In this document: positions 29,038 through 38,635 of the stretch, piece by piece | Numbering within the stretch: the first letter of the stretch is position 1 | How the letters are laid out: each line of letters opens with the position of its first letter | From: an uncultured Mycoplasma sp. | Lineage (GTDB): Bacteria; Bacillota_I; Bacilli_A; RF39; UBA660 | Assembly (NCBI GenBank): GCA_947642635.1 | Contig: CANRTI010000002.1 | Location: forward strand, 56,765-120,764 | DNA: 64,000 bases | Direction: 5' to 3' | Position numbers and translations under genes: made by a program | Notes under the pieces: generated by a model | What the model saw: only the letters and a program-made list of their open reading frames with translations | The model's database searches: none | What the model was told of the DNA's origin: nothing

Positions 29038-29083
29038 ACAAAATTTATGTTATAATATTGTATATATTTTTAGGAGGTAATTT

Positions 29084-29524
29084 ATGAAAGTTATATTACT
29101 AGAAGATGTAAAAGGAAAAGGAAAAAAAGATTCTGTAATTGATGTTAGTGATGGTTATGCTAATAATTATTTAATAAAAAATAAATTAGCAGTTTTATAT
29201 ACAAAAAGTAGTAAAAATATTTTAGAACAGGAATTGCAAGAAAGAAAAGAACAAGAAGAAGAACTAATAGCAAATTTAAATAAAGTAAAAGAAAAGCTTG
29301 AAAATAAAAGTATACATTTTAAAGTGAACACTGGTAAAAGTGATCGAGTATTTGGTAATATTTCCAGTAAGCAAATTATTGAGAAGTTAAAGCAAGAAGG
29401 ATATAATATCGATAAAAAAAGTTTAAAAATTGAAAATAACATTGATACTTTAGGAACTCATAAAATAGAAATAGAGTTACATAAAAAAGTCCGGTTTTCA
29501 ATTAATATAGTTTTAGAAAAGTAG
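29084..29524 (+). CDS. rplI: 50S ribosomal protein L9
   Basis: MKVILLEDVKGKGKKD.VI.VSDGYA.NYLI... Confidence 0.94.
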   Translation: MKVILLEDVKGKGKKDSVIDVSDGYANNYLIKNKLAVLYTKSSKNILEQELQERKEQEEELIANLNKVKEKLENKSIHFKVNTGKSDRVFGNISSKQIIEKLKQEGYNIDKKSLKIENNIDTLGTHKIEIELHKKVRFSINIVLEK

Positions 29525-29535
29525 GTGGATAAAAA

Positions 29536-30879
29536 ATGGCACGAGTAATGCCCTCTAATAAAGAAGCAGAAATGAGCGTTTTAGGAATAACATTTATTGA
29601 TAATAGTCTTGTTGATAGTATTTGTGAAGAAGTAAATGCCGAAATGTTTTTTGATGAGAAAAATCGCTTTTTATTCGAAGCCATTTATGAACTATATAAT
29701 AACAATATTCCGATAGATGTGGGAATGGTTAAAGATGAATTAGATAAAAAGAAACGTTTAAATGTCATTGGCGGACTTCCTTATATAAGTGAAGTAGTTG
29801 ATTCAGTTATTACCCCAGCTAACTTAGAGTATTATATTGGTATATTAAAAGAACAATATACTAGAAGAAATTTAATTAATACCGCTACTGCGATTGTAAC
29901 TGAAGCTTACGATGAAGAAAATGTAACAGCGTTACTTGATAATGCTGAAAAAAATATTTTAGATGTAGTACGAGTTCGTAAAGTTAAAGATTTTGTACCG
30001 ATTAATGAAATATTAAGAAGAGCCCAAGCAAAATTAGAAGAATTAGCTAAAAATAAGAAATTAATTACAGGTTTAGAAACCGGATTTTATGATTTTGATA
30101 AAATAACTACTGGATTTCAACCTGGTGAATTAATTATTTTAGCAGCTCGTCCTGGTATGGGTAAAACTGCTTTAGCTTTAAATATGGCAACCTATGCTGC
30201 TACAACTACTAAAAAGGCTATTGCTATTTTTAACTTAGAGATGCCCGCAGATCAATTAGTTAACCGAATAATAAGTGCTATTGGGGGCATAGATGCTTAT
30301 AAACTTCAAACTGGACAAATGCAAGAAACTGATTGGAAAAGATATAATGAAGCAATGAATACTCTTGCAGATACGAGATTATTTATTGAAGACAATTCTG
30401 GTGTAACTTTATCAGAAATTAAAGCTAAATGCCGTCGCTTAAGTAATTTACCCGAAGGTTTAGGTTTAGTTGTAATTGATTATTTACAATTAGTAACAAC
30501 TGGTAATCGAAAAGTCGAATCACGACAAGTAGAAGTTTCTGAAATATCCCGTAGTTTGAAAACAATGGCCTTAGAATTAGGTGTTCCTGTAATGGCTTTA
30601 TCTCAATTATCGAGAAGTGCTGAAAAAAGAGAAAGTAATATGCCAATGCTTGCTGATTTACGGGAATCAGGTTCTATTGAACAAGATGCTGATATGGTAT
30701 TGTTTATTAATCGAAAAGATTATTATGAAGCTAAAAAAGATCAACGTGAAAAGATTGTTCCAGCTGAACTAGTTATTGCCAAGCATAGAAAAGGTAGTCT
30801 TGGGACTATAGATTTATTATTTGAACTTAATATGAGCGCATTTCGAAATGTTGCAAATGATATAAAGGATGATTATTAA
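29536..30879 (+). CDS. dnaB: replicative DNA helicase DnaB (DnaC in B. subtilis nomenclature)
   Basis: ...P.N.EAE.SVLG... with Walker A AARPGMGKTA, ...VVIDYLQL... and ...IAKHRKG..G... Confidence 0.95.
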   Translation: MARVMPSNKEAEMSVLGITFIDNSLVDSICEEVNAEMFFDEKNRFLFEAIYELYNNNIPIDVGMVKDELDKKKRLNVIGGLPYISEVVDSVITPANLEYYIGILKEQYTRRNLINTATAIVTEAYDEENVTALLDNAEKNILDVVRVRKVKDFVPINEILRRAQAKLEELAKNKKLITGLETGFYDFDKITTGFQPGELIILAARPGMGKTALALNMATYAATTTKKAIAIFNLEMPADQLVNRIISAIGGIDAYKLQTGQMQETDWKRYNEAMNTLADTRLFIEDNSGVTLSEIKAKCRRLSNLPEGLGLVVIDYLQLVTTGNRKVESRQVEVSEISRSLKTMALELGVPVMALSQLSRSAEKRESNMPMLADLRESGSIEQDADMVLFINRKDYYEAKKDQREKIVPAELVIAKHRKGSLGTIDLLFELNMSAFRNVANDIKDDY

Positions 30880-32390
30880 TGAAAACTAAAGATAAAATAT
30901 ATATATTTTTATTTTGTAGTGTTATAGTATGTTTATATTTAATTATGGGTAGTTATAAACATATGAATGATAATATTTATAAAGTATATAATGTTTATTT
31001 AGATGATACACTAATTGGTGTTATAGAGGATAAGAATGAATTATATAATTTAATTGATAAAGAACAACAATCAATAAAGGATCGTTATAATGTAAAAAAT
31101 GTTTATCCTCCGAAAGGTTTACAAGTAATCGAGAACTATTCTTATAAACCAGCAAGTTCATCTTTAAATACAGTTTATAAAAAAATAGCAGAAATGGAAG
31201 ATTTTACAATTTCAGGTTTTGAAGTAAAAATTGGTGCTAGTGAAAATCATGAAGAATACAGTTTTAATATTTTAGATAAAAATGTTTTAAATTCTGCAAT
31301 TGAAACATTTATTTTAGCGTTTATTGATGAAGAAGGATATAAAGATTACATGGAAGGTAATAACGAAGAATTAGAAGATATAGGTGTTAGTTACAAAGAT
31401 ATGGGAATTATTGAAGATATTTCTATCAAAGGTAAATATATTAGTGTTAATGATAAAATATATGAAAATAGTTCTGAATTAGCTCAAAATTTATTATTTG
31501 GTTTTGACTATAAAGAAAATCGTTACAAAGTAAAAGAAGGAGATACTATCGAATCTGTTTCAGAAGATCATACTTTGAACACTCAAGAATTTTTAATTGC
31601 CAATCCTAAATATACTAGTAAAGATAGTTTATTAACTTTAGGAGAAGAAGTTAATATTACCTTAATTAATCCACAAATATCTTTTAAATATACCGTTAAT
31701 GAAATGAAAGAAGTTGAAAGACAATTTGAAAAAACAGTTGTTAGAGATAATACAAAACCATCTAGTTTTTCTGAAATTACTCAAGCTGGTGTAACTGGCC
31801 TGTCAATTCAAATTGCCCATTACAATGTTGTTAATGGTGAACCGGATAGTGAAACTGTTATTGACGAAGAACGAATTATTCGTGAAAAAGTTGATGAAAT
31901 TACTACCAAAGGTCGTCAAGAATCTGTATGGGGTTGGGAAAGTTCTGTTGATACAGGATCTGGATGGCGGTGGCCAACAGAAAATCCTTATGCAATTACT
32001 AGTGAATTCGCACCAAGATGGGGTAAATATCATAATGGACTTGATATTTCCGGTTCAGGTTTTGGTTCAAAAATATATGCTGCTAGTGATGGAATAGTAA
32101 CAAACGTTGTTTCAGAATGTGCGGATATAGGAGTATATGGTAGTAGTTGTGGTAGTGGTTATGGAAATTATGTTGTCATTCATCATGGTAGCAATGTCTA
32201 TACTCTTTATGCCCATATGACTAATCGGGTTCCAGTATCAGTAGGACAAAGTGTTTCAAGAGGAACGGTTGTCGGTTATATGGGCAACAGTGGTTCATCA
32301 AAAGGAACACATCTTCATTTTGGCTATTCCGTTGGTAATCCAATGCAAAATGGTGTGGTTTTCTCAAATCCTAGAAAGTTGTATAGATAA
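30879..32390 (+). CDS. membrane-anchored peptidoglycan hydrolase: LysM + G5 + M23 metallopeptidase
   Basis: N-terminal TM helix; a LysM-like YKVKEGDTIESVSEDHTLNTQEFLIANP; a G5-like ...ITQAGVTGLSIQIAHYNVVNGEP...ITTKG; and M23 motifs HNGLDISG...YAHM...GNSGSSKGTHLHFG. Confidence 0.8.
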   Translation: MKTKDKIYIFLFCSVIVCLYLIMGSYKHMNDNIYKVYNVYLDDTLIGVIEDKNELYNLIDKEQQSIKDRYNVKNVYPPKGLQVIENYSYKPASSSLNTVYKKIAEMEDFTISGFEVKIGASENHEEYSFNILDKNVLNSAIETFILAFIDEEGYKDYMEGNNEELEDIGVSYKDMGIIEDISIKGKYISVNDKIYENSSELAQNLLFGFDYKENRYKVKEGDTIESVSEDHTLNTQEFLIANPKYTSKDSLLTLGEEVNITLINPQISFKYTVNEMKEVERQFEKTVVRDNTKPSSFSEITQAGVTGLSIQIAHYNVVNGEPDSETVIDEERIIREKVDEITTKGRQESVWGWESSVDTGSGWRWPTENPYAITSEFAPRWGKYHNGLDISGSGFGSKIYAASDGIVTNVVSECADIGVYGSSCGSGYGNYVVIHHGSNVYTLYAHMTNRVPVSVGQSVSRGTVVGYMGNSGSSKGTHLHFGYSVGNPMQNGVVFSNPRKLYR

Positions 32391-33154
32391 TGCGTGTTTG
32401 TGTTTTTGCTAGTGGTTCCAAAGGAAATGTAACTTATATAGAAACAAAAAATCATCGAATTTTACTAGATATGGGAAAGAATAAAAAATATATTGTTGAT
32501 TCTTTAAAAGCATTGGATGTTGATCCCAAAAGTATTGATATTATTTTAATAAGTCATCTACATTCTGATCATATTAGTGCATTAGAAACATTTACTAAAA
32601 GTTATGCTGCTACAGTTTGTATGCCCCAAGAAATGTTTGCTTCTTTAGATAGCTTACAAAATTATGAGCATATAAAAATTTATGATGATGAAATCAATAT
32701 CGATAGTTTAAAAATATATGCTCTAAAGTCAAGCCATGATGCAGTTGGCTCAAGAAATTTTATAATTGAAGAAGATGGAGCTTCTATAGTACAAATAACA
32801 GATACGGGTTATATAAAGAGTAAATATTTTAATAAATTAAAAAATCGGGATATTTATTTATTAGAAAGTAATCATGATGTCGAAATGTTAACTCATGGAC
32901 CTTATCCGGAATGGTTAAAAAGAAGAGTTTTAAGTGATGAAGGCCATCTATCTAATCAAGCTTGTGGATTTTATTTATCAAAATTAATTGGTCCAAAAAC
33001 TAAAAAAGTATTTTTAATGCATTTAAGTGAAGTCAACAATGCCAGTGATGTTGCTTTAAAAACAGTAAATAATTCTTTAGAAAGTAGTAATGTTGTATTT
33101 CAAAATATTATTTGTGCAGAGCAAGACAATATAAGTGAAGTGATAACATTATGA
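32390..33154 (+). CDS. MBL-fold metallo-hydrolase, YycJ/WalJ-like
   Basis: ...FASGSKGN.TYIE.....ILLDMG... with HLHSDH. It lies directly upstream of rlmH, as yycJ does in Bacilli. Confidence 0.8.
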   Translation: MRVCVFASGSKGNVTYIETKNHRILLDMGKNKKYIVDSLKALDVDPKSIDIILISHLHSDHISALETFTKSYAATVCMPQEMFASLDSLQNYEHIKIYDDEINIDSLKIYALKSSHDAVGSRNFIIEEDGASIVQITDTGYIKSKYFNKLKNRDIYLLESNHDVEMLTHGPYPEWLKRRVLSDEGHLSNQACGFYLSKLIGPKTKKVFLMHLSEVNNASDVALKTVNNSLESSNVVFQNIICAEQDNISEVITL

Positions 33155-33588
33155 TTAGAATAATATGTCCTGGCAAAATAAAAGAAGAATATTTAAAAGA
33201 TTTAATTAAAGATTATGAAAAGAGAATTAATAAATATCATAAACTAGAAATAATAGAATTAAAAGATAATGATGACATAAAAAAAGAAAGTATGGAAATT
33301 TTAAAAGCGCTTAAACCAAAGGATTATAATATTGCTTTAACCATTAAAGGTAAAACATATAATAGTTTAGAATTTGCTAATTATTTAAATAGCTTATTTA
33401 TTCATCATAGTACAATAAATTTTATTATAGGTGGTTCAAATGGTTTAGATGATAGTATTTTAAATCTATGTCAAGAACATTTAAGTTTTTCAAAATTTAC
33501 TTTTCCGCATGGTTTATTTAGAGGGCTCTTACTAGAACAAATATATCGCTCTTTTAAAATAAATAATAATGAACAATATCATAAGTAG
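33151..33588 (+). CDS. rlmH: 23S rRNA (pseudouridine1915-N3)-methyltransferase RlmH
   Basis: MIRIICPGKIKEEYL...Y.KR... and ...IGGS.GL........LS.SK.TFPH.L.R..L.EQIYR... Confidence 0.88.
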   Translation: MIRIICPGKIKEEYLKDLIKDYEKRINKYHKLEIIELKDNDDIKKESMEILKALKPKDYNIALTIKGKTYNSLEFANYLNSLFIHHSTINFIIGGSNGLDDSILNLCQEHLSFSKFTFPHGLFRGLLLEQIYRSFKINNNEQYHK

Positions 33589-33603
33589 AAGAGGTGTAGT
33601 AAT

Positions 33604-34263
33604 ATGATAGGTAATGATTGGGATCAAATATTAGATGTTATTGAGAAAAGCCCAGGTTTTAAAAAATTTTTAAATTTAATTAATGAAAAATATAGTAAAG
33701 GTATCGTTTTTCCTCCTAAGAATTATGTTTTTAATGCTTTAAAACTAACAAGTTATGCTAATACAAAAGTTGTAATTGTTGGTCAAGATCCGTATCATGG
33801 AGAAGGTGAAGCTCATGGATTATCTTTTAGTGTTCAAAAAGGTGTTAAAATTCCTCCCTCACTTCAAAATATTTATAAAGAATTATTTAATGATTTACAA
33901 ATTCCTCCAGCTCAATATGGTGATTTAACTAAATGGGCACAAGAAGGAGTATTATTATTAAATGCTGTTTTAACAGTTGATAAAGACAAGCCAGCATCAC
34001 ATCGTAACTTAGGATGGGAGTTATTAACAGATTATATTATTAAAACTTTAAATGAAAAAGAAACTCCTGTTGTTTTTATACTATGGGGAAATTTTGCAAA
34101 AGAAAAAAAGAAACACATTACTAATCCACAACATTTAGTCTTAACAAGTCCTCATCCATCACCATTTTCTGCTGCAAGTGGATTCTTTGGTTCAAAACCA
34201 TTCTCTAAAACAAATGAATTTTTAATTAAAAATAAAATAAAACCGATAGATTGGAAGCTTTAA
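33604..34263 (+). CDS. ung: uracil-DNA glycosylase (family 1)
   Basis: VVIVGQDPYHGEGEAHGLSFSV..., LLLNAVLTV and SPHPSPFSA. Confidence 0.94.
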   Translation: MIGNDWDQILDVIEKSPGFKKFLNLINEKYSKGIVFPPKNYVFNALKLTSYANTKVVIVGQDPYHGEGEAHGLSFSVQKGVKIPPSLQNIYKELFNDLQIPPAQYGDLTKWAQEGVLLLNAVLTVDKDKPASHRNLGWELLTDYIIKTLNEKETPVVFILWGNFAKEKKKHITNPQHLVLTSPHPSPFSAASGFFGSKPFSKTNEFLIKNKIKPIDWKL

Positions 34264-34796
34264 AAAGTTTCGCTTTCATCGGTTTTATTATTACTATAAA
34301 AACTTCTAATTCTGTATCCCGAAATCTTGGATATTAAACTATATGGAAATGTTTTCATAAGTTTATTCGAGAAGACAGCATTTTGATTAAATACATTCTT
34401 AGCTGAAATTAATAATTCATCTATTTCTCTTAATTTTTTAATATTTTTACCAAATTCATTATCTTTATTTAATTCACTAAAATCCATTACTAAGTCATTA
34501 ATTAATTTCATTGCTTCTTCTAATTTCATATCTTTTTCAATATTCGTAATTATTAAATCTTTAATCGAAATATAATCTTTCAAATAATCTTTTTTACCAG
34601 TGACTTTTTTTATAGAAGCATTTATTGTAATTATCAATTCTAATTTTTTATTTAAATTTTCATCAATAATACTTTCTGCAGTATCCATTTTTTCTTTGAA
34701 TTTTTTAAGTTTTGTCGTCCCACTTACATAAATTAACAATCCTAATGCAAAAACTGCTAATAATAACACAATAATAATATAAAAATAACTATTCAT
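34260..34796 (-). CDS. LemA-family-like membrane-anchored protein (divergent)
   Basis: N-terminal TM helix. The C-terminal ...NVFNQNAVFSNKLMKTFPYSLISKISGYRIRSFYS parallels the LemA ...YN..V..YN..I..FP.N..A...GF....F end motif. Confidence 0.5.
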   Translation of the reverse strand: MNSYFYIIIVLLLAVFALGLLIYVSGTTKLKKFKEKMDTAESIIDENLNKKLELIITINASIKKVTGKKDYLKDYISIKDLIITNIEKDMKLEEAMKLINDLVMDFSELNKDNEFGKNIKKLREIDELLISAKNVFNQNAVFSNKLMKTFPYSLISKISGYRIRSFYSNNKTDESETF

Positions 34797-36399
34797 TTTG
34801 ACCTTTCTTTCTAATTCTTAATTTTTTCCCCAAAATTTCACTAATCTCTTTTTTATTTAAAAGATAATAGATAACTATTAATGCCAAACCAACTAATCCT
34901 AAAAGCAAAATTAGCATAATTCGATTATTTACATCACTTATTATACCACGATATAGAAAAGATAAAAATATCATAATTCCATAAACAACAAATAATTTTG
35001 GCAATTTCTTAATTGTACTTTGATAATTTAATTGATATTTCTTTTTTAAAGTTAAAAGAGGAATGATTAAAGATATCCCATATCCTATAAAAGTAGCACA
35101 TAATGCCCCATAAAATGGATAAAAACCTAATTTGTCAAATAATAAAATTAAAGGTATATCTAATATTAAATTTATTCCTAATCCTAGTATAACTGTTAAA
35201 TAAACCAATTTTGTACGATTAAGACCTTGTAAAGCATTACATATTAAGATATATAATGCATCAACTGCCGCAGTTAAAATAGAAACTTTAAATATTAAAG
35301 GACCGTAATAACTTTTTCCATAAAAAATAGTCCAAATTTCTCTTGCAAAAATACTCATGAAAATAGCTAAAGGTAGAGCTACATAAAAAAATATTTGTAA
35401 TGTTTTATTAAATTTATCATTTATATCTTTATAATCTTTTTTGGCTTTACTCTTTGCAATGCTCGGAACTAAACTAACTGCAATTCCCGTTGCAATACTA
35501 GCAATAATTGTATTTAATTTATTTCCCCAAGTTGTAAACACACTACTAATAGTTTCAATATCAACGGCATCAAATTTCAAATAATTTAAACCTCTTATTA
35601 ATAAAATCATATCAGTAGAATTATAAATTGAATTAGCAACATTTGTTACAATAAAAGGTATAGCATAAAAAATAATTTTTTTAGTTATATTAGCTTTATC
35701 CTCTTTACTTAAAACATCGGTATTAACTTTTTCATCTTTTCTAATTTTTAACATTTTATCAATAAGATAAACATAAGCACACAAGCCACCAGCACAAGCC
35801 CCAAAAACTGCTACCCCAATTGCTGATTTCAAACTTAAATTTAAAACTTTTAAAGTAAAATAACTACCTCCAATTATTACAATAACTCGAACTATTTGTT
35901 CAATAACTTGACTAAAAGATGCTGGGCTAATAAAACCATGACCTTGTAGATAACCACGACTAATAGCAAGCATTGGTACTATTAAAAGAGAAAATGAGAC
36001 ACATCTAATCACAAATGTGATATCTTGAGGAGTATTACCACCTGTTACATCCCCAATAATAAGATGAGCTATTTGGGGAGCAAAAATAAAAAGAATTAAA
36101 AATGTTACAATCGAAAATATTAAAATTATCTTTTTAACAGACTTAAACATATATTCTTTTTCAACATTTTTACCTAAAGCATTGTACTCACTTGTTAGTT
36201 TACTAATTCCAAGCGGAATACCTGCAGTTGAAATTATTAAAAATAAATTATATATATTATAGGCATACCCATATAAAGCTCCTCCTTGATCTCCAACAAT
36301 ACCATAAAAAGGGATAACATAGATTATGCCAATAAATTTTGTTATAAATATTGCTAAAGTTGCAATTATTGCTCCTTCTAAAAAACCACTTTTACGCAT
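34789..36399 (-). CDS. MOP-superfamily flippase (SpoVB / polysaccharide-biosynthesis-protein type, possible lipid II flippase)
   Basis: A ~14-TM protein. The N-terminus MRKSGFLEGAIIATLAIFITKFIGIIYVIPF.. is typical of SpoVB/YtgP-like proteins. It overlaps the downstream LemA-like gene by 8 nt. Confidence 0.75.
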   Translation of the reverse strand: MRKSGFLEGAIIATLAIFITKFIGIIYVIPFYGIVGDQGGALYGYAYNIYNLFLIISTAGIPLGISKLTSEYNALGKNVEKEYMFKSVKKIILIFSIVTFLILFIFAPQIAHLIIGDVTGGNTPQDITFVIRCVSFSLLIVPMLAISRGYLQGHGFISPASFSQVIEQIVRVIVIIGGSYFTLKVLNLSLKSAIGVAVFGACAGGLCAYVYLIDKMLKIRKDEKVNTDVLSKEDKANITKKIIFYAIPFIVTNVANSIYNSTDMILLIRGLNYLKFDAVDIETISSVFTTWGNKLNTIIASIATGIAVSLVPSIAKSKAKKDYKDINDKFNKTLQIFFYVALPLAIFMSIFAREIWTIFYGKSYYGPLIFKVSILTAAVDALYILICNALQGLNRTKLVYLTVILGLGINLILDIPLILLFDKLGFYPFYGALCATFIGYGISLIIPLLTLKKKYQLNYQSTIKKLPKLFVVYGIMIFLSFLYRGIISDVNNRIMLILLLGLVGLALIVIYYLLNKKEISEILGKKLRIRKKGQNE

Positions 36400-36507
36400 T
36401 TATATCCTCCTAACAATATTATATTTTATATTGGAATTTGTTACAAGAAAAAAATTATAATAAAAAACAGAATAATTGATGTTCAATATTCCATTTATAT
36501 AATACTT

Positions 36508-36705
36508 CTAATTGCATCTTCCAACTAAATAATCTAAACTAACTTGATAATAATCTGCTAAAATACATAAACGATCTATAGGAATTAATTGTACACCTAA
36601 TTCATATTTTGAATATTGTTGTTGAGTAGTATTTAATATTTTAGCAATATCTTTTTGGGATAATTTATTATTTTCTCTAATTATTTTTAATCTCTCTAAT
36701 TTCAT
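36508..36705 (-). CDS. XRE-family HTH transcriptional regulator (65 aa)
   Basis: ...LKIIRENNKLSQKDIAKILNTTQQQYSKYELG...P.D.L..LADYY.VSLDYLVG. Confidence 0.85.
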   Translation of the reverse strand: MKLERLKIIRENNKLSQKDIAKILNTTQQQYSKYELGVQLIPIDRLCILADYYQVSLDYLVGRCN

Positions 36706-36711
36706 TTTAAT

Positions 36712-36984
36712 CTATCTTTCTTTAAAAAATTCTGCTATATCTATTTTTAACGCTTCAGCAATCCGGCCGATAACCGTCAAAGTTGGATGCTTTATCCGAT
36801 ATTCATTTTCAATATCACAAATATAACCCATAGAAAGTTCAGTCATATCTGCTAAATCTTGCTGAGTTAATCCTTTTTGAGTTCGAAAATATTTAATATT
36901 CTTTTTTACTAAATTATAGTAATATTCATCATCATGAATATATGCTTTTTCTTTAATTGTTGTCCTCTTCATATGTATCACCAC
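36712..36984 (-). CDS. XRE-family HTH transcriptional regulator (90 aa)
   Basis: ...IKYFRTQKGLTQQDLADMTELSMGYICDIEN...L..IGRIAEALKIDIAEFF. Confidence 0.85.
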   Translation of the reverse strand: MVIHMKRTTIKEKAYIHDDEYYYNLVKKNIKYFRTQKGLTQQDLADMTELSMGYICDIENEYRIKHPTLTVIGRIAEALKIDIAEFFKER

Positions 36985-37093
36985 TAATTTTAATTTTCAT
37001 AGAATTTAATATTTTTATATACTGCCTACCAGTCATATTATGGCGTCAAAACATTTTTTTATAGCCAATATTTTCTACATCTTATAAAATGTA

Positions 37094-37123
37094 TTGACTT
37101 ATACACCTAATAAAGTGTAAAAT
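37094..37123 (+). promoter_or_regulatory. candidate promoter of the 483-aa secreted-protein gene, divergent from the XRE pair
   Basis: TTGACT (37094-37099), an 18-nt spacer, then TAAAAT (37118-37123). Confidence 0.45.
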
Positions 37124-37152
37124 TAAATTAGAAAATAGAAAGAGGTAACAAA

Positions 37153-38604
37153 ATGCTTAATATGAAAAGAACAAAAATAATGTTAATAATGATATTAGCA
37201 ATAGCAGAAGTATGTTCAATCTTTTTAACATGGAAATCATTATCGCATAAAGTAACAATAATAGATGATGTTAAATTTAAAGAAGAAAACAAAAAGGAAA
37301 AGAAAACAGTAGCTATTATGTTAAATGAAGGCGATGGTAGTTATAAAGAAAGTACAAGTACTACATTTCCCAAAGTAGGATACATATATAATAGCGAAAA
37401 ATCCGGATGTATTGATACCACAGGAAAAGAAGTGGTAAATGCAATTAACTATGAAAGTGGTAAAGTAAGTTTAAGATTAAATCAAAAGTTATATTGTTAT
37501 CTGTATTTTGATAAGAAAGAAAAACCAATCATTGATAAATTTTATATCAATGATGAAACAAGTAATAAGACAACTAAAGTACCAGAAGTAACAATCTATT
37601 TAAAATGGAGTGACCAATATATTAAAGAATACTGTATAACTGAGACCCAAGATATTGATAGTTGTACGTGGCAAAGTACTAATGGAGTAATAGAAATAAA
37701 TAACAATTTCACATTAAGTAATAATAGAGGTAATAAAATATTGTATGCATATATCAAAGATATAGCTGAGGGTATATCTGAAGCAAAAAGTGATTATATA
37801 CTTTATAATCCTCCAATAACTGGTGGCAGTATTGTAGAAGATCCAAACCCAGGTACAAATGGTGGTAGTAATTCTTCAGGAGTAGAACAAGATGAACTAA
37901 AAATACGTTATTATGGAACAAATCCAAACAATTATATCTGTTTTGGAACAAGTGATAAAAATATTTGTATAAATGAAACTAATAAATATATGTATCGAAT
38001 AATTGGAGTAGATAAAAGTAATCGCTTCAAAATTATAAAAAAGGAAGCTTTATCAGAAAGACCATCTTGGTGGTCAGATACAACCACAAACATAAATTGG
38101 CCTAATTCAACAATATATAAAAGTTTAAGTAACTTTTTAAAAAATAATACATATTTGCCAACATTATGGATTAATAAAATAGAAACGGTTAATTGGAAAT
38201 ATGGTAATATTCCTGTAGAAAATCAAACAGCTGAACAAGTATTAAGAACAGAACAAGCATGGAATACAACAATTAACTCAAAAATCGGTTTAATCAATCT
38301 TAGTGATTATTTTTATAGTGTTAAATTAGGTGGTGAAAATTGTTTTATAAATGGAAAGCAATGTACAGAAAGTTGGTTACATTTAGGAAATAATCAAACT
38401 GTAAACCAAGGAGAATGGACTATGTCTCGTTATGGATTAGGAGCTGATGGAAAATATCTTGGATGGTTTATAACTGTTTACGGAACTCCGAATCACTACT
38501 ATTTATATGATACTAACTCGATAAGACCAGTCTTCTACTTAATACCTTCTATTGAAATTTCAGGAACAGGTACACAAACTGACCCATACATAATAGTTTC
38601 GTAA
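37153..38604 (+). CDS. hypothetical secreted / signal-anchored protein, 483 aa, Cys- and Trp/Tyr/Asn-rich
   Basis: The N-terminal hydrophobic segment is IMLIMILAIAEVCSIFLTW. A Gly/Asn/Ser/Pro linker (ITGGSIVEDPNPGTNGGSNSSG) splits it into two halves. The C-terminal module ends ...EWTMSRYG...NSIRPVFYL...GTGTQTDPYII. I cannot name a family with confidence. Confidence 0.6.
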   Translation: MLNMKRTKIMLIMILAIAEVCSIFLTWKSLSHKVTIIDDVKFKEENKKEKKTVAIMLNEGDGSYKESTSTTFPKVGYIYNSEKSGCIDTTGKEVVNAINYESGKVSLRLNQKLYCYLYFDKKEKPIIDKFYINDETSNKTTKVPEVTIYLKWSDQYIKEYCITETQDIDSCTWQSTNGVIEINNNFTLSNNRGNKILYAYIKDIAEGISEAKSDYILYNPPITGGSIVEDPNPGTNGGSNSSGVEQDELKIRYYGTNPNNYICFGTSDKNICINETNKYMYRIIGVDKSNRFKIIKKEALSERPSWWSDTTTNINWPNSTIYKSLSNFLKNNTYLPTLWINKIETVNWKYGNIPVENQTAEQVLRTEQAWNTTINSKIGLINLSDYFYSVKLGGENCFINGKQCTESWLHLGNNQTVNQGEWTMSRYGLGADGKYLGWFITVYGTPNHYYLYDTNSIRPVFYLIPSIEISGTGTQTDPYIIVS

Positions 38605-38606
38605 TT

Positions 38607-38635
38607 AAAAAAAGTTAGGACACCCTAACTTTTTT
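38607..38635. terminator. bidirectional terminator between the 483-aa gene and gerQ
   Basis: An A tract, then AGTTAGG (38613-38619) pairing with CCTAACT (38624-38630) around a 4-nt loop, then T5. Confidence 0.8.

Noticed and set aside
29521-29535. DnaA-box-like GGTGGATAA just upstream of dnaB.
   Set aside because: It is a single 8/9 match that doubles as the SD region (GTAGGTGGA). No cluster of boxes or AT-rich unwinding element is present, so it is not an origin.
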